NCBI GenBank assembly: GCA_012295275.1
Contig: CM022671.1
Span: 4,154,001-4,218,000, forward strand
DNA from: Chrysomallon squamiferum
Lineage: Eukaryota > Animalia > Mollusca
DNA length: 64,000 bases
Direction: 5' to 3'
The position numbers were made by a program, and so were the translations under genes. Shown in pieces: positions 61,929 to 64,000 of this stretch. The notes under the pieces were generated by a model. That model saw nothing but the letters and a program-made list of their open reading frames with translations, was not told the origin of the DNA and ran no database searches. How positions within the stretch are numbered: the first letter of the stretch is position 1; every line of letters starts with the position of its first letter.

Positions 61929-62000
61929 CAGGGGTCAGCAACCCTTGCCCACAGGCCACATCCAGCCCGCCAGGGATTTTAGTCCAGCCCACCAGGTGAA
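61929..62000 (+). mobile_element. Truncated hAT (Charlie/MER58-like) DNA-transposon end
   Basis: CAGGGGTCAGCAACCCTTGCCCACAGGCCACATCCAGCCCGCC resembles the CAGGGGTCGGCAA..GGCCCGCGGGCC..ATCCGGCCCGCC terminus of hAT MITEs; no partner TIR found. Confidence 0.6.
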
Positions 62001-62240
62001 CACTTGGACACCAATTATTACATTAACTTTGTTGTTTTTTCTTTGAACCTCCAGACCAAAGCAGTCTGTCTTCCTAGCAATTTTGAAGACAGCATTAAGA
62101 GAGAGAGAGAGAGAGATATCAATGTGTGTGTGTGTATATATTATACTGAAGGTTGTTTAAATTAATTAAAATGTTATGTCTTTTGTCAGTATAAGAAATA
62201 TAGTGATATGAAGTGGAGTCTTAAAAGTGATCCGGCTAAT

Positions 62241-62271
<31 letters not shown>

Positions 62272-63442
62272 TCTATATACAAATTTATATATATATGTAC
62301 GTATATGTATGTATATATATATATATGTGTGTGTATATTCAGTGCCAATTTTATAATAACAGTTCAGTAAATTTATGAACATGGTGTAACCTTGTCATAT
62401 CAGGTGTTGTTAAACATGAGTGGAACATGGAAAGCAAGTCACAGGTAGATCAACAGTTTTATACACAACAGTTATAATTTATGTACTAGTATGATAATTC
62501 ATATAATTTACATTTACATATATTCTTAAATCTTTTGAAATTAAAACAAACAACCTGTGAATAATAAATACATTTTATTTATAAATTTTATACATTTCAA
62601 AATGCAAAGCAATGCAGAATTTTGTAGTTTAAAAAATTCTGGTTACTATAAAATTAAATGTTATATTTTTGTTAAATTCATGTGACAGAAATAATAAGGA
62701 AATTTGTGTCTCACAGCAAACAGCCAAATGGCTTCTATTCTAAAACAAACCTGGTTAGTTAGAAAATAGTATGATCACAAAATAAGAATTAAAACAAACA
62801 TTTTGATTGGGCTCCACTCAAATAACTTCTTGTTGTATTTTATGTTATTTTTAAGATAATAAATACATTTTAAAAAATGTTCATATCACAGTTGCAATAA
62901 AGGAAATGAAAAAAATACATTCACAACTGAAAGTAAAATATACTTAATGTAAAGCATGTCCTTGCATGTTGAAAAGAACAGAAATATGAATTAAAAGATG
63001 TGAAATAAAAATTAAGTTTAATAAATTATACAAGAATCATTTTTAAAAAATTAGTAAATTTATGCTGTTTTTATAAAACATGGAATGTTGTGAAGAAATT
63101 AGAATGCTTATAAAAAGCAATTCAAATAAATAAATAAATAATATGTGATAATGCTGCAGAATGCTTTATTATAATGCTATATCTGAAAACAGAAAAACAA
63201 AAAGATTTTGTAAATTAGTTGGCTTGCATTTTTAATATATAAATTCTACCTTATTTAAACAAATAAAATAGTAACAACACTTTGAATCTGTATATCAACT
63301 GATACAAAAACAGAAATCATAATATCAAATATACCAGATTTGGTATGTACTTCTATGAGAATGACTTTTCTTAAAAACAAATTATTCTTTTTAATTATTA
63401 TTCTTATTGTTTTAGTTGTTCTTTCTCTCTTTCTTTTTTTAA

Positions 63443-63497
<55 letters not shown>

Positions 63498-64000
63498 TTT
63501 TTTTTTTTTCTATGCTTTTTTCACTTTAGTTACTGACCACTAATCATAATTATCATTATGGTACAAAATATTTAACAAAGTATAATAACTATAATAAAAC
63601 AATGATTATGAATTATAAAATATAAGTTTCAATTACAGAGATAGTTATGTTAAAACTAATACAAAACTTTGCTATATAACTAATATATGTTTTTGGAAAC
63701 TAACAAAATAAAAATATAAAACAAAAATATGTGATTAGGCTTTATTTTAACTAGATAATATTTCTTTTTGGAAAGCAGTATATGAAGTGATAATATTTTC
63801 CAAAAAGTTTACAACAATTTATCTCTGAATTAAAAAAATTATCAAACCTAAATTATTTATAAACTAAATCTGTTTGTAAAAATTATACTTATAAATAATA
63901 TATTATAAATAAACATATGCATAGTATAATAAATACTAGATAGATACATTTTTAATGATAAAGTAATTTGTTCCTTTAATGCTATTCCTTTATTTTGGCA

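Overview
AT-rich, intron-rich eukaryotic DNA with many microsatellites. It is probably a lophotrochozoan, likely a gastropod; this is inferred from the SINE-like repeats and gene structure and is not proven. Two complete spliced genes converge tail-to-tail. (1) + strand, 1043-35376: cAMP-dependent protein kinase type II regulatory subunit (PRKAR2). It has 13 core exons (1188 nt, 395 aa) encoding the D/D domain, an RRKS inhibitor site and two CNB domains, and a perfect CRE lies about 170 nt upstream of the ATG. (2) - strand, 58984-45115: PTP-PEST-family non-receptor tyrosine phosphatase (PTPN12/18/22-like), about 18 exons and about 774 aa, with an N-terminal PTP domain and a C-terminal CTH motif. 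The most unusual signal is in PRKAR2 intron 10: three apparently duplicated, frame-preserving microexon cassettes (plus one further candidate) that would insert different short peptides into the variable beta4-beta5 loop of CNB-B. The phosphatase has KNRF and WAD variants of two catalytic loops and a tail rich in YxN motifs. Most ORF-track entries are spurious low-complexity translations. All exon models were read by eye from splice signals and frame continuity, without transcript evidence.
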